Part shown: positions 36,701 to 61,794 of the stretch, piece after piece | Numbering within the stretch: the stretch's first letter is position 1 | Layout of the letters: every line of letters starts with the position of its first letter | Origin: an uncultured bacterium | Lineage (GTDB): Bacteria > Acidobacteriota > Thermoanaerobaculia > Multivoradales > JAHZIX01 | Direction of reading: 5' to 3' | Assembly (NCBI GenBank): GCA_965368975.1 | Contig: CBDUPA010000023.1 | Span: 1 to 64,000 of the forward strand | Length of the DNA stretch: 64,000 bases | Notes under the pieces: generated by a model | The model's input: the letters and a program-made list of their open reading frames with translations, nothing else | Told to the model about the DNA's origin: nothing | The model's database searches: none | Made by a program: the position numbers and the translations under genes

Positions 36701-39700
36701 TGGATTGGTACCGTTTGGATTGGTCAGAGTCTGGCGCCACCACTGCATCTGACGTTCCAGTTCGTTGCCAGCCAGCCACGCGCGTTGCCATTGGGAGTAG
36801 TCGACATACTGCACGGGGAGGGGAGCGAGGGGCTCACCGCGATACGCCTGGGCCCAATCCGCCAGCAGCACACCCATCGACCAGCCGTCCGAGACGATGT
36901 GGTGCTGACTCACCAGCAGTGCGTGCTCGTCCGCCGCCAGGCGCACGAGCACGGCACGCAGCAGGGGTGCAGTGGTGAGGTCGAAGGGGCGGCGAACCCA
37001 GGCGGTCGCCAGGCGTACCGCTTCTACCGTGCGCCGCGTGGGGCACAGCCGACTCAGATCCAGACGCCTCCTGGGCTGCGGCCGCGCGGGCTCGACGATC
37101 TGCTCGGGGTCGCGGTCGCGGCTACTGCTGAAGCGGGTGCGCAGGCTGCCGTGGCGGGCAACCACGGTGTCGAGGGCCGCCTCCAGGCGCGCCGGATCGA
37201 GCGCGCCGCGCAGGCGCCAGGCGGCGGGTAAGTTGTAGGTGTCGTTGTCAGGGTCGAGGCGGTCGAGGAACCACAGGCGTTGCTGGGCGAAGGAGACCGG
37301 TGCGCGGAATACGCTGTCTGCGGGCCGCGGCTGCGTGCCGATCGGTGGTCTCCGTTCGCTCGACGCACGTCGCAGGCGCTCGGCCAGATCGGCGACGGTG
37401 GGGGCCTCGAAGACCGTGCGCATGGGCAGTCGGCGGCCGAGCCGGCGGTCGATGTGAGCGACCAGGCGGGTGGCGAGCAGGCTGTGACCGCCTAGCTCGA
37501 AGAAGTTGTCGCGCACGCTGACGCGCGGCACGTCGAGCAGCTCGACGAAGAGCGCCGCCAGCTGGGCTTCGAGGCTGGTGCGGGGAGCGGTGAACGGACG
37601 CTCGCCGCCGCCCAACTCTTCCAGTGCGGCGCGTAGCTCAGGTGCCGCGCGCCGCGCCAGCGCCCGGCGGTCGAGCTTGCCGTTGGCGGTCAGCGGCAGG
37701 GCGGTGGCGGGCAGAAAAACCGTGGGGATCATGTAGTCGGGGAGCCGCTGGCCGAGGAAGAGGCGCAGCTCGGCGGTTTCCGGCGCGATGCCGGTAGTGA
37801 CGAAGACGGCGGCCAGCCGGGCGTCCCCCTGGCTCGGCCCGCCTGCGCGCTGCCGTTCGGCGACAACGGCGGCGGCGCTCACCGCCGGATGCTCAGTGAG
37901 TACGGCCTCGATCTCTTCCAATTCGACGCGGAAGCCACGCACCTTCACCTGGGCGTCGGCGCGGCCGAGGATCTCCAGCCGGCCGTCGTGCAGATGGCGC
38001 ACCAGGTCGCCGGTGTGGAACAGGCGCGCGCCGGGAGAACCGGCGGCTGGACCAGCGGGCGCGTGACCGTCGGGACGGAAGCGGCCGGCAGTGAGCGCGG
38101 GCTGGTGCAGGTAGCCTCGGCCGACGCCGCTGCCGCCCAGGCACAGCTCCCCGGCGCAACCGAGGGAGACGGGATGGCCGCGGCGGTCGAGCAGCAGCGC
38201 GCGCACGCCCGGCAACGGCCGTCCGATGTCGGGGTCGGTACCGCGCGTGTGGCTGCCCTCGGCGCGACGCGGCACGGCACCGCTGGTGGTCAGGATAGTG
38301 GTCTCGCTGGGACCGTAGTCGTTGATCAGGCGCAGGTGGGGTAGCCGGCGGCTGTACTCGGCGGCGTCGCGGTGCAGGCGGTCGCCCCCCGGATACAGCT
38401 GGCGCAGGCAGGCGAGCGTGGGTAGGGGACCGGGGGGCTCTCGTGGTACGTCCCGTAGCAGCGCTTCGAGCATCGGGGTTGGTCCGTAGATGCCGCTGCA
38501 GCCGAGGCGTTCTAGCCAGGCACGCAGCAGTCGCGGGTCGAGGCGCGCACTCGACGGTGGCACGCAGACGGTGGCGCCGCTGGTCAGGGGGGCGCCGAGG
38601 CCGAGCAGGGAAGCGTCGAAGCCGGGGCCGTAGGCTTGGGCGATTCGCTGGCTTGGGCACACGGTCGGGCCGCTGCTGGGTGGCGTCTCGTGCCGCCGCA
38701 CCGCCATGCGGGCGGCATAGCTGCCGCACGAGATGCCGTTGCCCTTGGGTCGGCCACTGGAGCCCGAGGTGTAGACGATGTAGGCGAGGTGCTGGTGCGG
38801 TCGTCGTTGTGGTGCTGATAGGGAGGACGAGACGTTAGCTGCTCGGCGGGGCAGGTCGTGGCGTTGCCAGATCTGCTCCTTCCTCACGACCAGTCCTGCA
38901 ACCAGCTCGGCTTGCAGCCCCTGGTTCTTGGAGGCACCTTGGCCTGGTTCGGCGTCGACCAGGACCGCCACCGGTCGTGACTCTCGCAGCATGTCGAGCA
39001 GCCGTTGGACCGGCACGCTAGGGTCGAGCGGCAGGAAAGGGACGCCGGCATAGAGCGCGGTGACCTGGGTCAGCACCTGCTCGGCACAGCCCGGCACGCA
39101 CAGGGCGACTGGCTGCTCCGGCTTGGCAGATTCGCATGGGATCTCGGTGGCCAGCCGTAGGGCGAGCCGGTGCAGGCCGCCATAGCTCAGGTGCAACCGC
39201 TGGTCGTGGACGGCGATACGGTCCGGCACGCGCGTGCCGTGGTCGGCGATGCGCTCGGCGATACCCGGTGCGTCCGCTTCGCTGGTGCCTGTCCAATCCT
39301 TGGCGCCCGTCCCATCCGCCGCGAGGTCACCCTCGGCGGCCGGCGTGGTCGTGACCCATTCGTGCAACACTTGCTGGCGTTCGCCGATCTTCAGCATCGA
39401 CGCTTCGCCGATGGGCAGATCTGGATCGGCGGCGAAGCCTTCGAGCAGCGAAGCGAGAGCGTACAGCCAGCGGTGGATGGTGGTGTCGTCGAACAGGTCG
39501 GTATTGAACTCCATCTGCGGCACCGACAGCGAGCGCCGATCTGACGCGTCGTGGCCGGTGGAGACGTCGGTGAACAGGATCAGGTCGACCTGCGTGACAT
39601 GGTTCTGCACGAAGTTGCTGTCCACCGTCACCTCGCCCAACTGCAGCGGTGGCATTTCGATGTTCTGCAAGCTGAACACCGCCTGGTAGACCGGCGAGTA

Positions 39701-40947
39701 CGCCAGATCGCGCTGGGGCTGCAGCGCCTCGACCAGGCGGTCGAAGGGCAGGGCCTGGTGCTCGTAGACGGCGAACACGCGCTCACGTACCTCGGCGAGG
39801 AAGTCGCGGAAGCGCTGGGCCGGGTCGAGCTGGCCGCGCAGCACGATGGTGTTGACGAAGAAGCCGAGCATGCGCTCGGAGCCGGGCATGGCGCGGCCGG
39901 CGGCCGGCGAGCCGACGAGCAGGTCGCGCTGACCGGTGAGGCGGTAGAGCAGCACCTGGTAGGCCGCCAGGATCACCATGAAGAGGCTGGCACCGCCTTG
40001 CATCTGCAACTCCACGGCGGCTACTTCCAGGCGTGGCGAGGCGTAGTGGATGATGCGCTTGCCGTGTGTGGTCTGGGCCGGCGGGCGCGGCCGGTCGGTG
40101 GGTAGCGGCAGGATCATCGGTGCGTCTTGCAGCTGCGCGCGCCAGAAGCTCAGTTCGGTTTCCAGCTCCCGTCGGCCGAGCCACTCGTGCTGCCAGCGTG
40201 CAAAGTCCTGGTACTGCAGCTTGGGTACCGGCAGCGGGCAGGGCAGGCCCTGACGGCGCGCGTCGTAGATCTTGTTGACCTCGTCGTAGAAGACGCCCAG
40301 CGACCAGCCGTCGGAAATAATGTGATGCTTGAGGATCACCAGCAGGTGGTACTGCGTCTGGGCGCGGGGCGCCTCGACACGGAACGCCTTGATACGGAAG
40401 AGAGTGCAGCGCCACAGTGGCCCGGCTTCCAGGTCGAAAGGCCGTTGGCCCTCACGGCCAGCCAGATCCTCGGCCAGCTCGAGGGCGGTCTTGGGAGGCA
40501 GGCGGTGCAAGTCGACCACGGGCAGCGGCATCTGCATCGGCAGGGGTAGGGTCCGTTCGGATGCCGGATGGATGACCTGCCGTGGCCAGTGCTCGCCGGC
40601 GGCGTCCTCGACCTGCTGGAAGGTGGTGCGCAGCGACTCGTGACGCCGCTCCATGTCGCTCAGGGTCTGGTGCAGCGACGCTACCTGCAACGGGCCATGC
40701 AGGTCGAAGGCGAGGATCGGCAGGCTGTAGGCCAGGGTGCCAGGTTCCAGGCGGTCGGCCAGCCACAGGCGCTGCTGCATCAGGGAGAGGGGGGCTGAAG
40801 CCCCTTTGGCTGAAGACGTATGGGTTGGAGGCTCTCGAGCCGGATCTTGTCGACCTGGAGGTTGCTGCTGTTGCCGGCGTTGGCGAGCCAGGGCGGCCCG
40901 CTGCTCGGGGGTGAGCTGGGAGATGCGGCGATACAGATCCTTCAGGC

Positions 40948-40951
<4 letters not shown>
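33731..40951 (-). CDS. NRPS, 2 modules (C-A-T-C-A-T), no TE
   Basis: HHIISDG and HHIVSDG; YTSGSSG and YTSGSTG; YGPSE and YGPTE; two LGGHSLL; GTG start overlaps the upstream stop. Confidence 0.95.
36646..36724. repeat. 15-bp tandem repeat x5 (TNPDG) inside an NRPS C domain
   Basis: tggtaccgtctggat x5. Confidence 0.95.
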
Positions 40952-54810
<13,859 letters not shown>

Positions 54811-54977
54811 TGGAAAGCTCCCCCTAGCACACGCCCGAAACGAACGACTCACCGAAGGCGGGTGTTGGAATGAACAAGCGAGACTTCGAAGTTACGCGGA
54901 ACGAAAGGGTTCCGACTCATCAGATACCGAGCAGTCTATCTTGTTGTCCGTGCTGGGAGGAGAAGCGATAAGGCGGG

Positions 54978-55856
54978 TCAGCGACCGTAGCGGCGATGCC
55001 GCTCGGCGAAGGAGCGCAGTGCGCGCAGAAAGTCGATCTTGCGGAAGGCGGGCCAGTTGGAGTCGCAGAAGTAGTACTCCGAATACGCACTTTGCCACAG
55101 CAGGAAGCCGCTCATCCGTACCTCGCCGCTGGTGCGCAGGATCAAGTCCGGCTCTGGCTGGCCGTAGGTGTAGAGGTACGGCTCGATCGAACGCGCCGTG
55201 AACGTCTCGGCCACTTGCTCCAGCGAATGCCCACGCTCGGCCTCGTCTTCGAGATAGCTGCGCAGCGCATCGGCGATCTCTTCACGGCCGCCGTAGGCCA
55301 TGGCGATGTTGAGGCAGAAGCGATCGTAGCCCGCGGTCACCTGTTCGACGTGCTGGATCTCTTGGCGCAAGCTGTCCGGCAGCAATTCCAGTCGCCCGAT
55401 ATAGCGCACCCGCACCTTGTTTTCGTGCACATCCGAGTGGTCGGCCATCTCGCGCGTCTTGTCCTCGAACAGCTGCAGCAGCGCCTGCACTTCTTCGTGC
55501 CCGCGCTGGAAGTTGTCGAGAGAGAAGCACCAAACCGTGACCACCGGGATCTCGGCGTTGTAGCACCAGGACAGCAGCTCTTGGAGCTTGTCCGCTCCCC
55601 GTTGATGTCCGAAGTTGGTCGTGCCCGCCCCCATCTCACGCGCGAAACGGCGGTTGCCGTCCATGATCACGCCGATGTGCTGCGGGCGGTGCCAGCTGGC
55701 AACCTGGCCTTCGAGGTGGTGTTCGTAGACTTTATAGAAAGGCCACTTGATCACCGACTTGAGCAGCCTCCAACCGAGTTTGAAGATCGAAGTCGGCAAA
55801 GCCAGGGGGCGTGCGGGAGGGGAAGCTGCTTGCTGTGTCGTCGTGCCGTTGGCCAT
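54978..55856 (-). CDS. uppS: cis-Isoprenyl (undecaprenyl / Z-farnesyl) diphosphate synthase
   Basis: HIGVIMDGNRR, FSLDNFQR, YGGREEI, DLILRTSGEVRMSGFLLWQSAYSE, RRYGR. Confidence 0.88.
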   Translation of the reverse strand: MANGTTTQQAASPPARPLALPTSIFKLGWRLLKSVIKWPFYKVYEHHLEGQVASWHRPQHIGVIMDGNRRFAREMGAGTTNFGHQRGADKLQELLSWCYNAEIPVVTVWCFSLDNFQRGHEEVQALLQLFEDKTREMADHSDVHENKVRVRYIGRLELLPDSLRQEIQHVEQVTAGYDRFCLNIAMAYGGREEIADALRSYLEDEAERGHSLEQVAETFTARSIEPYLYTYGQPEPDLILRTSGEVRMSGFLLWQSAYSEYYFCDSNWPAFRKIDFLRALRSFAERHRRYGR

Positions 55857-56029
55857 CTTGCGAGTGTACTCCTAGCGCAGAGAGTATCAGAGGGCTCTCC
55901 CCGGCCGGGAACTTTCTCGACACCCCCTCTGTCCAATCACTACGAACGGGGTCGCGACCCTCCGAACTTCTGACCACCAGCCTTGACGGTAAGAAAAAGG
56001 ACCTTGCGGAAAGGTCGAGGAGGCACGCC

Positions 56030-56785
56030 ATGCGCGACAAGAACTCAGCTACTCCCAATCTAGATACATCGAGTCTAGAGACATCGAGTTCAGATACATC
56101 GAGCCCCGACGCTCCAAGTCCCGACGACAACTTGATTCCGTCGTACCTGATCGAGAACGACACTAGCCGTGGCACGCGCCGCGCCGCGATCGCACTGGCG
56201 GTGGTTTTCCACATCGCGCTGCTGGCTTTCAGCGTGCCGGAAGCGACGACGGAAGCCTTCGAGCCGGAGCCGCCGAAGGTCTACGTGGTCGAGCAGGTGC
56301 GCTTCAAGCCGCCGGTGGTCGACCCTGTGACGCCGCCGACACCGCGCGAGCGGCGGGTGCCTGTACCGGACCCGACACCGGACGATCCGGAACCAGACCT
56401 GCGCAACATCGAGATCGAGCCGATCTACGAACTGCCGAGTCCTGACGTCATTTATGACGCCATCCCAGAAGGTCCGCCGGCGCCGGAGATCACCGGGCCG
56501 ATCGAGATCAGCGGGGCGGTCGTGCCGCCGATAAAGATCTACCACCCGAATCCGGCCTACACCGAGGTGGCGCGCAGAGCACGCATCGAAGGCGTAGTGG
56601 TGGTCGAGGCGATCGTCGATGTCGAAGGCAACGTGACGAAGGCCGAGATCATCAAGCCGCTGCCGATGGGTCTCGACCAATCGACGCTGCAGACCGTTGT
56701 GAACTGGAAGTTCGAGCCGGCAACGCTGCGCGGCAAGCCGGTTCCAGTGATCTATCGCTTCTCGGTGACGTTCAGTTTGAACTGA
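56030..56785 (+). CDS. tonB: TonB-family energy transducer
   Basis: GAGGAGG RBS; TM with AVVFHIALL; Pro-rich linker; YTEVARRARIEGVV...WKFEPA. Confidence 0.85.
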   Translation: MRDKNSATPNLDTSSLETSSSDTSSPDAPSPDDNLIPSYLIENDTSRGTRRAAIALAVVFHIALLAFSVPEATTEAFEPEPPKVYVVEQVRFKPPVVDPVTPPTPRERRVPVPDPTPDDPEPDLRNIEIEPIYELPSPDVIYDAIPEGPPAPEITGPIEISGAVVPPIKIYHPNPAYTEVARRARIEGVVVVEAIVDVEGNVTKAEIIKPLPMGLDQSTLQTVVNWKFEPATLRGKPVPVIYRFSVTFSLN

Positions 56786-56894
56786 AGCCCTCCCCTCTCC
56801 TTCCACCCTGGTCCTGTCTACGGGCCCGGCTCGCGAGTACTCCACCTCGAGTGCTCCGAGCCGGGCCTTCTCTCGTTCCACGCAGCTGTGGGCG

Positions 56895-57605
56895 ATGTGG
56901 CAGAATCCAGATATGGATGCCCCTGCCGTTTCTTTCGACTTACCTGGGTGGACGCTGGTCTGGGCGTCGTTTGTGCGCGCCGCCCAACTCGACGAGAGCA
57001 CTCGACTCGACGAGAACGCTCAGCTTGAAAGCACAGTCGAGCGTGTGCTCGCCGAAGTGCGGGAGCAGCGCGCAGGGCAGCCGCTGATCAGCGATCCGGC
57101 GATTGCGGCGCTGCGCAAGCTGCTGCGGGCAGCGGGGTGTGATCCGACGCGCTACCGCTCGTCACCGGAAGCGCTACTGCGCCGGTTGCTCAAGGGCGAA
57201 GATCTGCCGCGCATCCATCCCCTGGTCGACATCGGCAACCTGCTGTCGGCGCGTCTGGGCATCCCCTGCTGCATGCTGGACATCGACCGCCTGAAGCCGC
57301 CCTTCACCCTGCGTGCCGGCCGTGACGGTGAGCGCTACGAGTCCCTGCGCGGCGACTTCAACCTGGCGGGCAAGCCGCTGCTCGCCGACGTCGACGGTCC
57401 GTGCGACACACCGATCACCGGCAGCCGGCGTGCGGGGGTGACGGCGGCGACCGAGCGCGCCTGGTTCGTCGCCTACCTGCCGGCAGCCCTGGCCGAAGAA
57501 GGGGGCGTCGATGCAACTGCGGTTGAGCGGGAACTCCGGCAGCTGGTGGCGGCGGTGCCAGCGTGGACTCTGGAATCCGTCGCGGTCGTCGCGGAGGAGA
57601 GCTGA
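56895..57605 (+). CDS. B3/B4 domain protein (PheRS beta editing-like)
   Basis: DPTRYRSSPEALLRR, LPRIHPLVDIGN. Confidence 0.8.
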   Translation: MWQNPDMDAPAVSFDLPGWTLVWASFVRAAQLDESTRLDENAQLESTVERVLAEVREQRAGQPLISDPAIAALRKLLRAAGCDPTRYRSSPEALLRRLLKGEDLPRIHPLVDIGNLLSARLGIPCCMLDIDRLKPPFTLRAGRDGERYESLRGDFNLAGKPLLADVDGPCDTPITGSRRAGVTAATERAWFVAYLPAALAEEGGVDATAVERELRQLVAAVPAWTLESVAVVAEES

Positions 57606-57606
57606 C

Positions 57607-59082
57607 ATGCCCCCCAGACCGCTCCTCTTGAAGGAGATGGACGCGCAAGCCGTGCTGTTGGTGCGCGCCTTCGAGCAGGCGGACCCGGAAGGCGTCGTGC
57701 TGGCGCGCTCTGTGCGTGAACGTGCCGACGCGGAAGCACCGCAGAACAAAGAGAAGCCGCAGGCGTGGCTGGTCCGACGAGCGCGCACGTTGTCGGCGGA
57801 GATTGAAACCCAGGTGCCGCTGGTACCTGGCCTGCGCCGCGTGACGCGACTGGCCGGCCGGCTGGGGCCGCTGCTGCTGATCGTGGCTTTCGTCCTCGGC
57901 CTCGCCTCGAACCTCGTCGGCCCGGCGCGCCACATCAACTTGCTGTCGGTGCCGCTGCTCGGGATTCTGGCCTGGAACCTGCTGATGTACGCCATCTTCG
58001 TCCTGGTGTGGGTGCTCAAGGGCCGGGCTCAGAAGCCAGGGCGCGGGGCCGCCCGCGTGCTGGCGCCGGTGTCGACCTTGCTCTATCTGCGACGCAGGCT
58101 CGGCGGGCTCGACCGTAGCGAGGCGGCCTCCGCCGTGACCGCTGGCGGCGTCCGGGGCTACCTCGACGCCTGGCGCACCGCCGGAGCCGCGCTGGTCGAG
58201 GCGCGCGGCCGGCGGCTGATGCACCTGGCGGCGATGGTGCTGATGCTCGGTGCCGTCGCCGGCATGTACGTGCGAGGCCTGATCTTCGAGTACCGCGCCA
58301 CCTGGGAGAGCACCTTCTTCGACGCGCTCACCGTGCGGGACCTGCTGCACGGCATTCTCGGTCCCGCGGCGTCGATCCTGGGCGTCGAGATCCCGCCGCT
58401 GCTACCTCTGCGAGTTCCCGGCGACGGGCCCGCGGCCTTGTGGATCCATCTCTTCGCCGTCACGGCTGTCCTCTTCGTGGTGTTGCCACGCGGCTTGCTG
58501 GCGCTGGTCGAGGCACTGCGTCTGCTACGCCTGTCGCGCCGGGTGCCGATGCCCGAGGGCGACCCCTACCTACGCCGCCTACTGGCCACGGGACGCGCCG
58601 AGCCGCCGGCTGTCGAGCTGTGGCCGTACAGCCTGGAGCTGTCGATCCAGCGTCGCGAGCAGCTGCTCGAAGCCTTGCACGACGCCTTCGGCCGCCGCGC
58701 CGACATCCGGCTCCAACCCGTACTGGCCTACGGAGAGGACGTGCCAGTTCTGGCGGAGGAGTCGGAGAGCGGTGACGCGGTCCTCACGCAACCCCTCGTC
58801 CTGTTCAATCTCGCCCAGACGCCCGAAGCCGAGGTGCATGGCGAGCTTCTGCGAGCCCTCGCCGCGCGCCACGGGGAACCGCCACGCGCGCTGATCGAGG
58901 TCAGTGCCTACCGTCAGCGCTTGCACGGCGACGAAACGCGGCTGCAAGGACGCAAGGCGACCTGGACGCAGGTCGTCGAGGCCGCGGGGGCGCGGGCGAC
59001 CTTCGTCGATCTCGAGGCGATGGACCGGGGCGCCCTCGCGGCTGCCCTCGGCGACGAGCGCGAGGAGTCCGAGCGTGGCTGA
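57607..59082 (+). CDS. DUF2868-family membrane protein
   Basis: INLLSVPLLGILAWNL, GMYVRGLIFEYRATWESTF, LFNLAQTPEAEVHG. Confidence 0.75.
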   Translation: MPPRPLLLKEMDAQAVLLVRAFEQADPEGVVLARSVRERADAEAPQNKEKPQAWLVRRARTLSAEIETQVPLVPGLRRVTRLAGRLGPLLLIVAFVLGLASNLVGPARHINLLSVPLLGILAWNLLMYAIFVLVWVLKGRAQKPGRGAARVLAPVSTLLYLRRRLGGLDRSEAASAVTAGGVRGYLDAWRTAGAALVEARGRRLMHLAAMVLMLGAVAGMYVRGLIFEYRATWESTFFDALTVRDLLHGILGPAASILGVEIPPLLPLRVPGDGPAALWIHLFAVTAVLFVVLPRGLLALVEALRLLRLSRRVPMPEGDPYLRRLLATGRAEPPAVELWPYSLELSIQRREQLLEALHDAFGRRADIRLQPVLAYGEDVPVLAEESESGDAVLTQPLVLFNLAQTPEAEVHGELLRALAARHGEPPRALIEVSAYRQRLHGDETRLQGRKATWTQVVEAAGARATFVDLEAMDRGALAAALGDEREESERG

Positions 59083-60493
59083 TCCACAGAGCGATCCGAA
59101 CCTCGCTGCCGGCAGCGTCTTGCACCTGAGCCTGATCTCGCACACCAACGTCGGCAAGACCACCCTCGCACGCACCCTGCTGCGCCGCGACGTCGGCGAA
59201 GTGCTCGACCGCGCGCACGTCACCCTCGAACCCGCAGCCTACGAGCTGATCACTGCTGGTCCGCACCGCCTCGAACTGTGGGATACCCCCGGCTTCGGCG
59301 ACAGCATCCGCCTGCTGCGTCGCCTGCACACCGAGCAGTTCCCGATCCGCTGGTTTCTGCAACAGACCTGGGACCGCTTCACCGATCGCGCCTTTTGGTC
59401 CGGCCAGCAAGCCGTCCTGCACCTGCGCGAGCAGGCCCACATTGTGCTCTACCTGGTCAATGCCATGGAGCACCCGAGCGAAGCCGGTTACGTCGACCCG
59501 GAGCTCGAGCTGCTCGGCTGGATGGGTCGCCCGGTCTTGTTGCTGCTCAACCAGACCGGTCCCGCCGGCAGCGACACCCGCGCCGCCGAACGCGCCTGGC
59601 GCGACTACGCGCAGCGTTATGAAGTGGTCAAGGACGTCCTGACGCTCGACGCCTTCACCCGCTGCTGGGTGCAAGAGAACGAACTCCTACGCCGCGTCCA
59701 GGCCGTTCTGCCAGCGGAGAAGCAGCCTGTCATGGCCGCCCTCGCCGACGCCTGGGAAGCGCGCAACCAAGAGATCTTCCGCCGCTCTCTGGGCCACGTC
59801 ACCACCTACCTGGCGACCACCGCTACGGATCGTGAAGCTTTGACTAGCAAGCGTCCGAGCAAGGTCGAGTCGACCCGAGCGATGCAGACACTTGCAGAGC
59901 GTCTGGAAGCCGAGACCAGGAAGCTCATGGACCGCCTGATCCGCGAGCATGGCCTAGAAGGCCGCAGCGAGGCCAAGCTCTACCGCCAATTGGATGACGT
60001 CCTGCTCCAGGGAACCACCAAGCTGAGCACCGAGCAAGGCGCCTTCTGGGGCGGCCTGGTTAGCGGTGCTCTCGGTGGCCTGATGGCCGACTTCCTGGCC
60101 GGCGGCCTCACCTTCGGCGGCGGTGCGGTCGCGGGGGCGATTCTCGGCGTGCTCGGTGGTGCCGGCCTGAGCCGCGCGCACGAGCTGATCCAGTTCGGCG
60201 GCGAGCCCGCTGCTAGCTGGTCATCGGAGTTCCTGCACGAGTTGCTGCGTCAAAGCCTGCTGCGCTACCTCGCCGTCGCTCACTTCGGGCGTGGACGGGG
60301 TGTGTTCGAAGAAGGCGAGATGCCGGAAGTCTGGCGGCGGGAGGTGGATGCGGTGCTGCAGAAGGTGGACGTCAAGGAGATGTTGAAGACTTGGCGTCGG
60401 TGGGGGAAGGAAGATCGCGGGCTCGTCGAGCGGGAGTTGGGGCCGCAGGTGGAGCGGTGGGTGTCGGGGGTGTTGGGGCGGCTGTATCGGTAG
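59075..60493 (+). CDS. DUF3482-associated P-loop GTPase (TRAFAC / dynamin-like)
   Basis: SHTNVGKTT G1 and DTPG G3; Gly-rich hydrophobic hairpin GALGGLMADFLAGGLTFGGG; GTG start overlaps the upstream gene. Confidence 0.8.
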   Translation: MADPQSDPNLAAGSVLHLSLISHTNVGKTTLARTLLRRDVGEVLDRAHVTLEPAAYELITAGPHRLELWDTPGFGDSIRLLRRLHTEQFPIRWFLQQTWDRFTDRAFWSGQQAVLHLREQAHIVLYLVNAMEHPSEAGYVDPELELLGWMGRPVLLLLNQTGPAGSDTRAAERAWRDYAQRYEVVKDVLTLDAFTRCWVQENELLRRVQAVLPAEKQPVMAALADAWEARNQEIFRRSLGHVTTYLATTATDREALTSKRPSKVESTRAMQTLAERLEAETRKLMDRLIREHGLEGRSEAKLYRQLDDVLLQGTTKLSTEQGAFWGGLVSGALGGLMADFLAGGLTFGGGAVAGAILGVLGGAGLSRAHELIQFGGEPAASWSSEFLHELLRQSLLRYLAVAHFGRGRGVFEEGEMPEVWRREVDAVLQKVDVKEMLKTWRRWGKEDRGLVERELGPQVERWVSGVLGRLYR

Positions 60494-60655
60494 AAGCCCT
60501 TTGCAGCACGAGATCAGTTAGTGTTTGTCAGGTTGTGCTTGAGGCAATCGAAGGTTCAAGGTTCGGGTTGCTCTTTCCTGTGATGTATGGTTTACTCCGG
60601 TTTGTAAGTTGTATTCAGCGATAATTGGGGCGGTTCAGATTCTGAAAGTCATGGT

Positions 60656-61342
60656 ATGCGCGCGAGTGTAGTGAATCTTGGGGCGGCATTGATCTCGCTA
60701 TTTGCAGCCATTATTGGCTGGCATTTAGCAGAGTGGAATTATAAGAAAGAGAAGGAAGGGTTTGAGGCTCAAATTGCCGAGATGCGCCGTGTGAATGTTG
60801 AGAATGGAAAACTGCAGCAGAAGATGCAGAGGCAAGATCTAGAGATACAAGGCCTCACTCGAGATTTTCAATCTTTAGAGATTTCACTGGAGGCGTCGAG
60901 GTTGCAGGTTGAAGACTTAGAGGAAAAATGGGGTCGTTGTACGTCACCAGATGGTTTGATTAATATAGTCAGTACACTGGAATCTGCAGGTAGAGTTCGA
61001 GTAAGGACGGGTTCGGCTTTAGAGTTTCCAATGACGTATTCTTCTCTCTTCGCTAGGATTGTAAGGATTAGTGAGTGGGGCCCCGTTGTAGCGATCGAGA
61101 ATTGTGACTTTGTGAAGGCTCTTGATGGTAATCGGAGTTCTGCAGATGGCGAGAATAGCTATCTCATGACTCCTGACCAGGGCTTGGTGTTGTTCGCATC
61201 CAGTAAGTGCTGTGAAGTTGGGTTCGATGTTTGCAGAGAGGGGACCACAGAGAGGATCGAGCTAACTGTCGAAGAGATGGATGTTGATCATCAGGAGGCA
61301 TTCATCAACTATGAGAAAGAATTCATCAGCCTGGAGTTGTAG
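60656..61342 (+). CDS. Hypothetical protein: N-terminal TM, coiled coil, Cys-containing C-terminal domain (low GC)
   Basis: Long ORF in an AT-richer segment; VVNLGAALISLFAAIIGW TM helix; heptad-rich region. Confidence 0.65.
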   Translation: MRASVVNLGAALISLFAAIIGWHLAEWNYKKEKEGFEAQIAEMRRVNVENGKLQQKMQRQDLEIQGLTRDFQSLEISLEASRLQVEDLEEKWGRCTSPDGLINIVSTLESAGRVRVRTGSALEFPMTYSSLFARIVRISEWGPVVAIENCDFVKALDGNRSSADGENSYLMTPDQGLVLFASSKCCEVGFDVCREGTTERIELTVEEMDVDHQEAFINYEKEFISLEL

Positions 61343-61705
61343 ATGCGAATTTCAAGAGCATTGAAGTACGCTTCTGTCTTGTGCATGTTGATCACGTGCT
61401 CCTGTGCCAGCACGTCTGAGTTTGAAGCGCTCTCGTTGCAGGTGGAGAGGCAGGACTCTCGGTTTCGCTCCTATTCAGACCAACAAGCAATTACCGTGGC
61501 TCAGTTGATTCTTAGACTTGATGAGCTTTCGACTGACATCCAAGCTCTAGAGGAAGCGATCAAGCTTGAAGCTCTAAAGAGAGAGGAGTTTGGCGAGGCC
61601 ACGAAGAGTCAACTTGCTTCAAGTCAGGAGCGTCTGCAGCAGATGGCTAGTGTCGTGGCAGAGATGCGTCTTAGATTAGGCGAACTGGCTCGGGCACTTC
61701 GTTAG
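61343..61705 (+). CDS. Hypothetical coiled-coil lipoprotein (low GC)
   Basis: Lipobox-like LITCSC; helical heptad pattern; abuts the upstream stop. Confidence 0.6.
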   Translation: MRISRALKYASVLCMLITCSCASTSEFEALSLQVERQDSRFRSYSDQQAITVAQLILRLDELSTDIQALEEAIKLEALKREEFGEATKSQLASSQERLQQMASVVAEMRLRLGELARALR

Positions 61706-61794
61706 TTTTGGCATTAACTTTCTGCGTACTCGAAGTGGTCTGGTCTCGGTCACTGGTGTCGCACTGTGGGTTCAGTCGAACACCGCCCAGAGAG

